Assembly (NCBI GenBank): GCA_045531355.1
Contig: JAZSDW010000053.1
Location: forward strand, 85 to 64,084
Length of the DNA stretch: 64,000 nucleotides
Direction of reading: 5' to 3'
Origin: Clostridia bacterium
GTDB taxonomy: Bacteria; Bacillota; Clostridia; UMGS1883; UMGS1540
Position 1 is the first letter of the stretch. Every line of letters starts with the position of its first letter. A program made the position numbers and the translations under genes. The notes under the pieces are model-generated. The model made no database searches and had not been told where the DNA came from. It worked only from the letters and a program-made list of their open reading frames with translations. Of the stretch, positions 40,705 through 50,069 are shown one piece after another.

Positions 40705-42101
40705 TTAAGTTCGGAACCGGCGGCTGGAGAGCCATTATAGGAGACGACTTTACGAAAGCAAATGTGCAATACCTCTCGCAGGCGATTGCCGACGAGATGC
40801 TGGAAACGGGCTGTGATAAAATTGTAATTGGTTATGACCGGCGCTTTTTATCCGATGTAGCGGCAAAATGGGCATCTGCCGTATTTGCTGCAAACAAGAT
40901 CACGGTATATTTTATCGGGATTGATGCGCCCACGCCGCTGATTATGTTTGGCGTAAAGCAGCTTGGCGCAAAATACGGCATGGCCGTGACGGCCAGCCAT
41001 AACCCGGCCGCATATAATGGCATCAAGGTATTTACCGAGGGCGGAAGAGATGCGGCGGCCGAGGTGACAAAGCTATTTGAGGCGCGCATGGAAAAAGGCG
41101 TGGAAGTCAAAGAAATTTCCTTTGAGGAAGGCCTTTCTGCCGGCAGCATCGTCGACTACGATATTGCAAATGATTATGTAGATAGCATTCTCGCGATGAT
41201 TGACATTGAAAGCATCAGAAAACGCCGCATGAAGGTTTTGCTCGACCCGATGTTCGGTGTATCCAGGACGAGCCTGCAGACCATTTTGATGACGGCGCGG
41301 TGCCATGTGGATACGATTCATGACCGGCACGACACGCTATTTGGCGGAAGGCTTCCTGCGCCTACGGCGAAAACACTTTCGCGACTTCGCGATATGGTGG
41401 TTGAAGGCGGCTATGATATCGGCATTGCAACCGATGGCGATGCAGACCGCATCGGCATTATTGATGACAAGGGGAATTTCATTCACCCGAACCAGATTCT
41501 GGCGCTTTTGTATTATTATTTAACAAAGTATAAAGGCTGGGAAGGGGATTGCGTTCGCAATATTGCCACCACCCATCTTCTGGACCGCATGGCCGATTCG
41601 TTTGGAAAGACCTGTCATGAGGTGCCGGTAGGCTTTAAGCACATTAGCGCAAAAATGGAAGAAAGCGATGCGCTGATTGGCGGCGAATCCAGCGGCGGGC
41701 TGACAATTCGCGGACATATCCGTGGCAAAGACGGTATTTTTGCATCTGCCCTTTTGGTCGAGCTTGTTTGCGTAACCGGCAAAAAGCTCAGCGAGGTGCT
41801 GGAAGAAATTTATGCAGAATACGGAAAACGCGAGATGCACGAAACCGATTACAGCTTCTCCGAAGAGAAAAAGGCAGCTCTTAAAAAGCTTTTGTTCGAA
41901 GAGAAACAGCTTCCGGATTTGGGCGAGAAGGTTGCACGCGTAAGCTACATGGACGGCCTGAAGGTCTATTTTGAAAACGACGGCTGGATTATTGCACGCT
42001 TCTCCGGTACAGAGCCGCTGATTCGTATTTTCTGCGAAATGGAGAATAAGGAAAAAGCCAGAGAAATTTGCGATAAAATGCGCGTCTTTTTAGGGCTTTA
42101 A
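40701..42101 (+). CDS. phosphohexomutase (phosphoglucomutase/phosphomannomutase family)
   Basis: 466 aa. Active-site serine loop TASHNPAAYNGIKV and Mg loop ATDGDADR. It overlaps the upstream gene by 4 nt. Confidence 0.8.
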   Translation: MIKFGTGGWRAIIGDDFTKANVQYLSQAIADEMLETGCDKIVIGYDRRFLSDVAAKWASAVFAANKITVYFIGIDAPTPLIMFGVKQLGAKYGMAVTASHNPAAYNGIKVFTEGGRDAAAEVTKLFEARMEKGVEVKEISFEEGLSAGSIVDYDIANDYVDSILAMIDIESIRKRRMKVLLDPMFGVSRTSLQTILMTARCHVDTIHDRHDTLFGGRLPAPTAKTLSRLRDMVVEGGYDIGIATDGDADRIGIIDDKGNFIHPNQILALLYYYLTKYKGWEGDCVRNIATTHLLDRMADSFGKTCHEVPVGFKHISAKMEESDALIGGESSGGLTIRGHIRGKDGIFASALLVELVCVTGKKLSEVLEEIYAEYGKREMHETDYSFSEEKKAALKKLLFEEKQLPDLGEKVARVSYMDGLKVYFENDGWIIARFSGTEPLIRIFCEMENKEKAREICDKMRVFLGL

Positions 42102-42188
42102 TGTGTACAAGCAAAAAGGGTTGCCGAAAAAGGCAGCCCTTTTCTTTTTGACAAAAGAGGAAAATTCAGGGGTTTTCGCGGTGTGGGC

Positions 42189-42217
42189 TTGACGGACGGA
42201 TAAAAATACTGTATAAT
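42189..42217 (+). promoter_or_regulatory. promoter for nadK-argR-recN (TTGACG, 17-nt spacer, TATAAT)
   Basis: Hexamers at 42189-42194 and 42212-42217. Confidence 0.5.
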
Positions 42218-42253
42218 TATAATATCATTTTGTATAAAAAGGAAATGCAGACT

Positions 42254-43096
42254 ATGAAAATCGGTGTCATTGCCAACACGGGGAAGGACGAAGCGCTGTC
42301 TATCGCAAGACGCGTGGCACAGCAGGTGGCAGAAACAGAAACAGTTTTTATAGAAAAAAAGCTTGAAAGAGAGCTGGCAGAATTTGTCGCGCTGGATGGA
42401 GATGCGCTCTTTCGGGAGCCAGACATGCTGCTGGCACTCGGCGGAGATGGAACACTTTTGGAAGCGGCGCGAAAAGCCGCGCCATTCGGGACACCCGTTC
42501 TCGGCATCAATTTAGGGCAGGTTGGTTTTTTAACCGGCGTGGAAAAGGACGCGTTTTTAAGCGCTGATGTCTATAAAATGCTTCGACAGGTGCGGATTGA
42601 AAACCGCATGATGCTGGAAGCCGATGTATACAGGCAAGGTGAGAAAATTGCTTCGTTTTTAGGGCTCAATGATGCGGTCATCCGCGGCGAGGCAACGGCA
42701 CCGCTTCTTCGGCTGGAGGTCTCGGCTGACAGAAAGCCGCTCGGACGCTATGTGGCAGACGGGATTGTGTTTGCAACGCCTACGGGGTCAACTGCGTATT
42801 CCTTCTCTGCAGGCGGCGCACTGGTGCATCCGGAAATGGAAGCGCTTCTTATTACGCCCATTTGTCCGCACATGCTGCACGCCCGACCGCTCGTTTTGCC
42901 GTCTACAAGTGTTCTGCAGGCAGAATTTCCGGAGGGAAGGGCTTTGGCGGCATATCTGAATGTAGACGGCGAAGATAAGCTCGCGCTTCAGAACGGGGAC
43001 CGGATTTTAATCTCCCGCGCCCCGATACCGGCCAAGGTAGCCACCTTGCAGGAAAAGGCGTTTTTGGAAATTTTGAAAGAGAAACTAAAGGGGTAA
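42254..43096 (+). CDS. nadK: NAD kinase
   Basis: Start at MKIGVIANTGKDEA. Carries GGDGT and NDAV motifs. Confidence 0.9.
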   Translation: MKIGVIANTGKDEALSIARRVAQQVAETETVFIEKKLERELAEFVALDGDALFREPDMLLALGGDGTLLEAARKAAPFGTPVLGINLGQVGFLTGVEKDAFLSADVYKMLRQVRIENRMMLEADVYRQGEKIASFLGLNDAVIRGEATAPLLRLEVSADRKPLGRYVADGIVFATPTGSTAYSFSAGGALVHPEMEALLITPICPHMLHARPLVLPSTSVLQAEFPEGRALAAYLNVDGEDKLALQNGDRILISRAPIPAKVATLQEKAFLEILKEKLKG

Positions 43097-43099
43097 ACC

Positions 43100-43546
43100 A
43101 TGAAACAGAGAAGACAAAATGCCATTTTACAGATTATTGAGGCAGAGTGCATTCGCACGCAGGAGGAGCTTTCAGAAGCGCTGATGCGCCAGGGATTTGA
43201 GGTAACACAGGCCACGGTGTCGCGTGATATCAAGGAACTCCGGCTTTTGAAAAAGCCGACCGCTGGCGGCAGCCGATACACCTCGCCGCGCAAGGAGGGA
43301 TACGGAGAAAGCATCGGCAGAGCCCATGCGATTTTCCGCTCGGCCGTTAAAAGTGTAGACCTTGCGATGCACACCATTGTGATGCACACGATGTCCGGCA
43401 TGGCAGACGCCGCGGCAATTTCTTTGGAAACAATGGAATGGCCGGAAATTTTAGGCACAATTGCCGGTGATGATACCGTTTTGATTATTGCGCGGGACCC
43501 CAAAACGGCCGAAACAGTCTACGGAAGGCTTCGGGAAATGTTGTAG
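43100..43546 (+). CDS. argR: arginine repressor
   Basis: 148 aa with a winged-helix N-terminus (QEELSEALMRQGFEVTQATVSRDI) and a C-terminal oligomerisation domain (GTIAGDDTVL). Confidence 0.9.
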   Translation: MKQRRQNAILQIIEAECIRTQEELSEALMRQGFEVTQATVSRDIKELRLLKKPTAGGSRYTSPRKEGYGESIGRAHAIFRSAVKSVDLAMHTIVMHTMSGMADAAAISLETMEWPEILGTIAGDDTVLIIARDPKTAETVYGRLREML

Positions 43547-43565
43547 ACTATAAGGAGAGAAAAGT

Positions 43566-45188
43566 ATGCTTTGCAGACTAGCGATATCCAATATAGCTGT
43601 AATAGAGAAAGCGGAAATTACTTTCGGGGAAGGCTTTACGGTGCTGACAGGCGAAACCGGTGCCGGTAAGTCGCTTATTATGGATGCCATTACGATGGTT
43701 CTAGGCGGCAGAACCGGGCGAGATATCATTCGCGCCGGGCAGAAATGTGCAATTTGCGAAGCTGCGTTCTTTGGACCGCATCCGCTTGCGGACGAGACGG
43801 AGATGCTACTTCTTCGGCGCGAGCTCTACGCGGACGGGCGGAATTTGTGCAGCATTAACGGCAATATGGTAACGGTGGCGGGGCTTCGGGAAGCTGCAGA
43901 ACCGCTTCTGGCGATGCACGGCCAGCACGATACGGAGCAGCTTTTGCATAAAAGCAGCCATCTTATTTATGTAGACAAGTTCGCCCATGCCGATGCCGAG
44001 CGGGAGGTATATACGCAGCTTTATGCAGAAAAAAAGCGGCTTCTCGCTGAAATCGATGCGCTGGAGGCAGACGCGGGTGAAAAAAGCCGGCGGCTGGAGA
44101 TGCTTACCTTTTGGACAGAGGAAATCCGTGCCGCGGCGCCTGTGCCGGGCGAGGACACAGAACTTGAGGGAAAACGCGAGATTTTACGGCATAGTGAAAC
44201 CATTCGCCGCGCGGCAATGGGCGGATATATGGCGCTTTGTGGGGAAGACGCCGCGGCGCGTGACAGCCTTTCTGCGGCTGCAAGGGCGCTGGACGGCGGC
44301 GGTGTACATGATGCACGGCTTATGGAAGCAGCCGAAAAAATCCGCGACGCACAGTATCAGATTGAAGAGATTGCGGCGCTTCTTTTCGACATCAGCGAAG
44401 AGGAGCACAATGGGGCGGCGCTGGAGGAAATTGAAGACAGACTTGATGTTTTGCAGAAATTAAAGCATAAATACGGTGGCAGTATCGAAGCGGTGCTCCG
44501 CTATGCAGACGAGGCAGAGGAAGAAAAGGCGCGGCTGGAAACGGCGGATGAAACACTTGCTGCGTTACAGATTTCTCTGGCTGAAACAGAGAAAAAGCTT
44601 ATGGAAGCGGCAAAAGCACTTTCGGCAAAACGCGCGATTGCGGCCGGAAAAATTGCAGATGCGGCGGAAAAAGAGCTTAAGGCGCTGGATATGGAAAAGG
44701 TTCGGTTTTCTGTTTCCGTGCAAGAAAAGGCGTATGGCGAAACCGGGGCGGACGAGGTGGAGTTTTTCATTTCCACCAATCCTGCGGAAGGCGTAAAGCC
44801 GCTTTCTAAAATTGCGTCGGGCGGCGAGCTTTCGCGCGTTTGCCTTGCTTTGCAAACGGTGCTGGCAGAAAATGCTATAGCCCCGCCGGCTGTTATGATT
44901 TTTGATGAGATTGATACCGGAATCAGCGGACGCGCGGCGCAGAAAACCGGTGAAAAGCTACGGGCGCTTGCGAGAAACCGGCAGATTCTTTGTGTGACGC
45001 ACCTGCCGCAGATTGCCGCAAAAGCTGATGCGCAGTTCCTGATTGAAAAGAAAGAAAAGGATGGTGGATTTTCCACCATGGTTCGGCCGCTGGATAAGGC
45101 TGGACGCATTGAGGCTATCGCCCGCATGATAAGCGGAGACAGTTTAACAGATAAAACAAGGGAAACAGCGGAGGAAATGCTGAAATAA
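43566..45188 (+). CDS. recN: DNA repair protein RecN
   Basis: 540 aa. Walker A GETGAGKS at the N-terminus, long coiled coils, and signature/Walker B (SGGELSRV...IFDEIDTG) at the C-terminus. Confidence 0.9.
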   Translation: MLCRLAISNIAVIEKAEITFGEGFTVLTGETGAGKSLIMDAITMVLGGRTGRDIIRAGQKCAICEAAFFGPHPLADETEMLLLRRELYADGRNLCSINGNMVTVAGLREAAEPLLAMHGQHDTEQLLHKSSHLIYVDKFAHADAEREVYTQLYAEKKRLLAEIDALEADAGEKSRRLEMLTFWTEEIRAAAPVPGEDTELEGKREILRHSETIRRAAMGGYMALCGEDAAARDSLSAAARALDGGGVHDARLMEAAEKIRDAQYQIEEIAALLFDISEEEHNGAALEEIEDRLDVLQKLKHKYGGSIEAVLRYADEAEEEKARLETADETLAALQISLAETEKKLMEAAKALSAKRAIAAGKIADAAEKELKALDMEKVRFSVSVQEKAYGETGADEVEFFISTNPAEGVKPLSKIASGGELSRVCLALQTVLAENAIAPPAVMIFDEIDTGISGRAAQKTGEKLRALARNRQILCVTHLPQIAAKADAQFLIEKKEKDGGFSTMVRPLDKAGRIEAIARMISGDSLTDKTRETAEEMLK

Positions 45189-47083
45189 TGGCAGTTTTAC
45201 AAGTACAGAATCTTGCAGTTGGTTTTGGCGAGCGAACGATATTTTCATCCGTCAGCTTCCAGGCAGAAGCGCAGGATAAAATTGGAATTATTGGCGGGAA
45301 TGGCGTGGGGAAAACCACGCTTTTTCGCGTGATAACCGGTGCGGTGCGTGCAATGGAGGGGCAGGTGGCTCTGGCGGGAGACTGCAAAATCGGCTATCTC
45401 GAGCAGCACGCCATGGCCGATAGTGATGAAACGCTCTACGAAGCCGTCGAATCGGTATTTGCGCCGCTTTATGAGATGGAAAAGGAACTTGCCGCTATTG
45501 CGGAGGCGATTGACAGAGGCGAGAATCTTGAAAAACTGACGGCGCGCCAGCATGTATTGACAGAAAAGTATCAGGATAGCGGTGGACTTACTTATAAAAA
45601 TCGCTGTCGCGCAGCGCTTTTAGGCGTAGGGTTTACGGAGGAGATGCTCGCGCGTCCTGTGCGCGTGCTTTCCGGTGGCGAGCGGACGATGGCGAGCCTT
45701 GTGCGCCTTCTCTTAAGCGATGCCAATCTAATTCTGCTCGATGAGCCGACGAACCACCTCGACATGGAGGCGTGCGTGTGGTTGGAGGAATATTTAAGGG
45801 CGTGGCGCGGCGCCGCGCTGATTGTATCGCATGACCGCTATTTTTTAGACCGCGTTACAAACAAAACGGTGCTTTTATCCGGCGGTCGCTGCACCTGCTT
45901 TTCGGGCGGCTATACGGAATTTATGAAAAAGCGTGAGGCGGAATATGCCTTTGAAAAACGCCAGTATCAAAAGAAGCAGCAGGAAATCCGCCGCATTGAG
46001 GGGATTATTGAAACGCAGCGGCGCTTTAACCGCGAGCGGAATATCCGCATGGCGGAAAGCAAGCAAAAACAGATTGACCGCATTGCGCAAACGATGGAAG
46101 AACCGCCGGAGGACGAAAAAGGTATTTCGTTTTCCTTCCGGCCGGCAAAGGATAGCGCGCATGAAGTGCTGCGAGCGGACAGGATTTCAAAGGCTTTCGA
46201 CGGCGAGACATTGTTTAGAGGGATTGACCTTAAAATTTTTAAAAACGAACGCGTGTTTTTACTCGGCCGAAACGGATGCGGCAAAACGACGCTCTTTTCC
46301 ATTTTGCGTGGCGTGCGGAAGCCGGATAGCGGCATGGTGACAATTGGAAACCGTGTGGAAATTGGCTATTATGACCAGACACAGAGCGACCTTGCGCCGC
46401 AGAAGACGGCACTGGAAATTGTGCGGGATGCCTTTCCGCAAAAAACGGAGACGGAGCTTCGCTCGGCACTGGCGGCGCTGGGGCTGCGCGGGGAGGCGGT
46501 GCACGAGACAATCGGTACACTTTCCGGCGGCGAGCGTGCAAAGGTGGCGCTGACGCGGCTTTTGCTCGGAGCGCCGAATTTTCTTCTCCTGGACGAGCCG
46601 ACGAACCACCTCGACATTGATGCCAAGGAAGCCCTTGAGACCGCGCTGCTTGCCTATGGCGGCACGCTGCTTGCCATTTCGCATGACCGCTATTTTATCA
46701 ATAAGCTTGCAAGTCGGGTTGTAACACTTTCTGAAGATGCCGTCAAAAGCTATGACGGAAACTATGCGTATTACCTTGAAAAACGGGAAACGGCACCGCC
46801 GCGAGAGGCTTGCGCGGCGCCGAAAAAGGAAAATACCTACCGCGAGGAAAAGGCCATGCGCGCAGAAATCCGAAAGAAGAAAAATCGCTATGAGAAGCTA
46901 GAGGGAGAAATCACCAAAACAGAAGCGGCGATTGCCGAAAAGCAAACGCTCCTTTCGGCGGCCGGCTCTGATTACCAGAAGGCCATGACGCTTTCAAGTG
47001 AGATTGAAGACCTGGAAGAAAAGCTGGGGGCGCTTTATACCGAGTGGGAAAGTGTTGCTACGGAACTCGAAGCAGAAGAATAA
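45188..47083 (+). CDS. ABC-F family ATPase (tandem NBDs, no TMD; Uup/YdiF-like)
   Basis: 631 aa. Two NBDs (GGNGVGKTT / LSGGERTM / LLDEPTNHLD and GRNGCGKTT / LSGGERAK / LLDEPTNHLD) plus a C-terminal coiled-coil extension. The start overlaps the recN stop. Confidence 0.85.
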   Translation: MAVLQVQNLAVGFGERTIFSSVSFQAEAQDKIGIIGGNGVGKTTLFRVITGAVRAMEGQVALAGDCKIGYLEQHAMADSDETLYEAVESVFAPLYEMEKELAAIAEAIDRGENLEKLTARQHVLTEKYQDSGGLTYKNRCRAALLGVGFTEEMLARPVRVLSGGERTMASLVRLLLSDANLILLDEPTNHLDMEACVWLEEYLRAWRGAALIVSHDRYFLDRVTNKTVLLSGGRCTCFSGGYTEFMKKREAEYAFEKRQYQKKQQEIRRIEGIIETQRRFNRERNIRMAESKQKQIDRIAQTMEEPPEDEKGISFSFRPAKDSAHEVLRADRISKAFDGETLFRGIDLKIFKNERVFLLGRNGCGKTTLFSILRGVRKPDSGMVTIGNRVEIGYYDQTQSDLAPQKTALEIVRDAFPQKTETELRSALAALGLRGEAVHETIGTLSGGERAKVALTRLLLGAPNFLLLDEPTNHLDIDAKEALETALLAYGGTLLAISHDRYFINKLASRVVTLSEDAVKSYDGNYAYYLEKRETAPPREACAAPKKENTYREEKAMRAEIRKKKNRYEKLEGEITKTEAAIAEKQTLLSAAGSDYQKAMTLSSEIEDLEEKLGALYTEWESVATELEAEE

Positions 47084-47090
47084 AGGGGGG

Positions 47091-47130
47091 GGTGTAAATT
47101 AACGCGCAGTTAATTTACAGCCCCTAGCAT
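47091..47130. terminator. bidirectional intrinsic terminator / palindromic repeat element, copy 2
   Basis: GGGGGGTGTAAATTAAC-GCGCA-GTTAATTTACAGCCCC. The arm is near-identical to the element at 12786-12826. It lies between convergent genes. Confidence 0.6.
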
Positions 47131-47174
47131 TTTCATTGCCTTTTGGCGGTCTGAACTTTTTTACAGCCCCCATT

Positions 47175-48422
47175 TTATTTTTTCTTTTGGAAAAGGAGAA
47201 ATACCCCGTGCACGCAAAGCCCGACGGCAATCGCCACCACAAGGTCAAAGATTACGGTCAGGGCGAAGGTCAAAACTAAAACGAGAATGTCCGTTACCTT
47301 CTTTTCGCGGCAGATGGCCGTAAATTCCCGCCATTCGCTCATGTTATAGGCCACGATAAAGAGAATTGCGGCAATAACCGGCATTGGAATCCGGGCGGCA
47401 AGCGGCATGAGTAAAACCAGCACTAAAAGCAAAACGAGTGCATGCACCATGCCGGCGACGGGCGTTTTGCCCTCATTTTTGATATTGGCGGAGGTGCGCG
47501 CAATGGCGCCGGTAGCTGGAATGCCACCGAAAAGAGCCGAGCAGATGTTGCCGGCACCCTGGGCAATCAGCTCCATGTTGGAATTGTGCTTATCGCCCGT
47601 CATACCATCTGCAACGACGCACGATAAAAGCGATTCTACCGCTGCGAGGAGCGCAATCGTCACTGCGTCCGGGAGCATCTGTCGGATGCTTTCCAGCGAA
47701 AAACCGGGAAGCGTGGGACGGGGGAGCGCAGAGGAAACGGTGTATAAATCTCCGATTGTGTTGACACGAAGGCTTGTCAGTCCCACAAAAAGCGAGCAGA
47801 AAATAACGGCAACGAGCGAGGGCGGAATTTTGGAAAAGCAGCGGATGCGCGGCAGAACAATCAAAATGGCCAGCGCCGCGAGCCCCACCAAAAGCGCGAG
47901 GGGATTCATCGTGCCGATGCTTTCGAAAACGGCTTCCAGCTTCTCCATGGTTTCTACAGGCGCCGAGGAGAAGGTAAGACCCAGGAAGTCTTTGATCTGC
48001 CCAATAAGAATGGTGACGGCAATACCGGCCGTAAATCCGACGGTAATCGTGTGCGGGATAAAGCGAATCAGGCTACCAAAGCGACAAAGCCCCATGAGAA
48101 TGAGAAGCAATCCGGCCATGACCGTCGCAAGGGCCAGCCCTTCGAGCCCATTTTGCGCGACAATGCCGGCCACAATTGTGGCAAAGGCGGCTGTGGGCCC
48201 TGCAATCTGCACGCGGCTCCCGCCTAGAAGCGAAATCACAAAACCGGCAAAAATCGCAGTATAAAGGCCTTCTTCTGGACCGACGCCGCTGGCAAGCGCC
48301 AGCGCAATCGAAAGAGGCAGGGCGATGATGGCTACAATGATGCCGGCAATCAAATCCTTTGCAAAGGTTTCCTTGTTATAGCCTTTCAGGCACGAAAGGA
48401 GCTTCGGCTTTAAAGTTTCCAT
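47175..48422 (-). CDS. SulP-family anion transporter, apparently lacking a C-terminal STAS domain
   Basis: 415 aa; the membrane domain spans the whole protein. N-terminal SulP signature FAKDLIAGIIVAIIALPLSIALALASGV. The ORF stops straight after the last TM segment. Confidence 0.7.
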   Translation of the reverse strand: METLKPKLLSCLKGYNKETFAKDLIAGIIVAIIALPLSIALALASGVGPEEGLYTAIFAGFVISLLGGSRVQIAGPTAAFATIVAGIVAQNGLEGLALATVMAGLLLILMGLCRFGSLIRFIPHTITVGFTAGIAVTILIGQIKDFLGLTFSSAPVETMEKLEAVFESIGTMNPLALLVGLAALAILIVLPRIRCFSKIPPSLVAVIFCSLFVGLTSLRVNTIGDLYTVSSALPRPTLPGFSLESIRQMLPDAVTIALLAAVESLLSCVVADGMTGDKHNSNMELIAQGAGNICSALFGGIPATGAIARTSANIKNEGKTPVAGMVHALVLLLVLVLLMPLAARIPMPVIAAILFIVAYNMSEWREFTAICREKKVTDILVLVLTFALTVIFDLVVAIAVGLCVHGVFLLFQKKK

Positions 48423-48514
48423 AAATAATCCTTCCTTTGTGTAATAAAATAAAAACGCACGGACTTAAGTATACATCAAATCCGTGCGTTTTGCAAGCAA
48501 AATATTTACAGAAT

Positions 48515-49093
48515 TTACGCTTTTTTCCGCAAAGAGAGAAGGCGGACAAGCGTGGGGGATAGGACAATGTTTGAGCCAAGCTCAAAGAGAAAATTCCAGC
48601 CGACGAGGACGAATATCATATATTCGGTAATATTCGAGCTGAAACCGAGCCCTTCTGCCCAGATGGCAAGCGTATCCATAAAAAATGCGAGACACCCTAA
48701 GAGGAAGACGCCGGTATTTACAACGGGACAAACGAAGGCGGCTGCCAAAACGGCAATCCAAACATTTTTTTTGGAAAGAAGACGGTAGACGCCGCCGGCG
48801 GCAATCCCGCAAAGAAAGCCTTTTAAGAGAACGGTCAAAATTGTACCGGCCGCATTTACTGCCAAAAAGGCCGCGGCATCACCGCTCAAAAGAACAACCA
48901 CGCCGAATACGAGCCCCAGCCATGCGCCGAGCGCCATGCCGCCCAGTGAAGCACCCAACACAATCGGAATCAACACGAGCGAAATGGAGAAGGGGCCGAA
49001 ACGGATAAAAGCGCCCATGAATTGCAGCACGACCACGAGTGCGGTCAGTATGGCGCCGAGCACCACCGTCTTTGTGTCCATTGTTTTTTTCAT
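48515..49093 (-). CDS. ECF-transporter substrate-specific (S) component, probable pantothenate transporter
   Basis: Start at MKKTMDTKT (ATG at 49093 with an AAGGAGG RBS). About 6 TM helices. It lies immediately downstream of coaX. Confidence 0.5.
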   Translation of the reverse strand: MKKTMDTKTVVLGAILTALVVVLQFMGAFIRFGPFSISLVLIPIVLGASLGGMALGAWLGLVFGVVVLLSGDAAAFLAVNAAGTILTVLLKGFLCGIAAGGVYRLLSKKNVWIAVLAAAFVCPVVNTGVFLLGCLAFFMDTLAIWAEGLGFSSNITEYMIFVLVGWNFLFELGSNIVLSPTLVRLLSLRKKA

Positions 49094-49200
49094 AATCAAT
49101 GCCTCCTTGCTGTCGTTCGCACGAGGGAAAAGAGGACGGCTTTTCCTTCGCTGGCGATACAACGCGAAATCTATCTGCACTTTCCCAGTGGAAAGAGAGA

Positions 49201-49974
49201 TTACTTTACATTTTTTTCGTATATTATGCGAAGACCATCTAAAACAAGATGCGGATCCAGCGTAATTTTATGTGTGAGATGTGGCACAACTACCTCGGCA
49301 AGACCGCCGGTAGCATACACCGGAAGCGCAAGGCCGGATTCGGCGGAGAAGCGGTCAATCATGCCGTCCAGCATGCAGGCGTGTCCCAACACAACGCCGG
49401 CGCGCATGCAGTCCGTCGTGTTTTTTCCGATAACGGATTTTGGCGCAGAGAGACTGATTTGCGGCAATTGCGCCGTGCCGCTCGAAAGCGCGCGAAGACC
49501 GATGCCGACGCCCGGAATAATCGCGGCGCCGACAAAAGCACCCGTTTCATCCATCAGCATCAGTTTCGTTGCGGTGCCCATATCGATCAGGAGCGAGGGG
49601 CTCCCATATTTATGATGCGCAGCTACACAGGCGCAAATCAGGTCTGCTCCGACGCTTGCGGGCGAATCGCAGCGAATTTGAATGCCAGTTTTAATGCCTG
49701 GTGCCACAAAAAGCGGCGTTTTCCCGGCGATATAGCGTATCGCCTTTTCCACAATGCCGTTTTGCGGCGGCACGACAGAGGCAACAATAGCGCCCTCTAT
49801 GTCGGCGGCATCCACGCGATGCAGCGCAAGAACATTTAGAAGCTTTGCGGCATATTCATCCTCGGTTCCGATGGCGCTTGTGCTCATGCGGGCAACAAAC
49901 TGGAGCTTGTCTCCGCAAAATCCGCCCAGAACAATATGGGTGTTGCCGATATCGATTGTCAGGAGCATAGTCAT
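49201..49974 (-). CDS. coaX: type III pantothenate kinase
   Basis: Start at MTMLLTIDIGNTH with a GGAAGAGGG RBS. Acetate/sugar-kinase fold motifs (DIGNT, VDMGTATK). Confidence 0.85.
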   Translation of the reverse strand: MTMLLTIDIGNTHIVLGGFCGDKLQFVARMSTSAIGTEDEYAAKLLNVLALHRVDAADIEGAIVASVVPPQNGIVEKAIRYIAGKTPLFVAPGIKTGIQIRCDSPASVGADLICACVAAHHKYGSPSLLIDMGTATKLMLMDETGAFVGAAIIPGVGIGLRALSSGTAQLPQISLSAPKSVIGKNTTDCMRAGVVLGHACMLDGMIDRFSAESGLALPVYATGGLAEVVVPHLTHKITLDPHLVLDGLRIIYEKNVK

Positions 49975-50069
49975 TCCCTCTTCCTTCGTCTTAATGTATA
50001 ACAGTATACCATAAGTGGGAAGAATATACAAGAGAAAGATAGGAAAACTTTCAGAAAGGAAGCGAGAGA

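Noticed and set aside
45188-47083. ABC-F protein as an antibiotic-resistance (ARE) determinant
   Set aside because: It is translationally coupled to recN in a housekeeping operon with no regulatory leader or attenuator in front. It looks like a housekeeping Uup/YdiF-type ABC-F. Sequence alone cannot settle ARE versus housekeeping.
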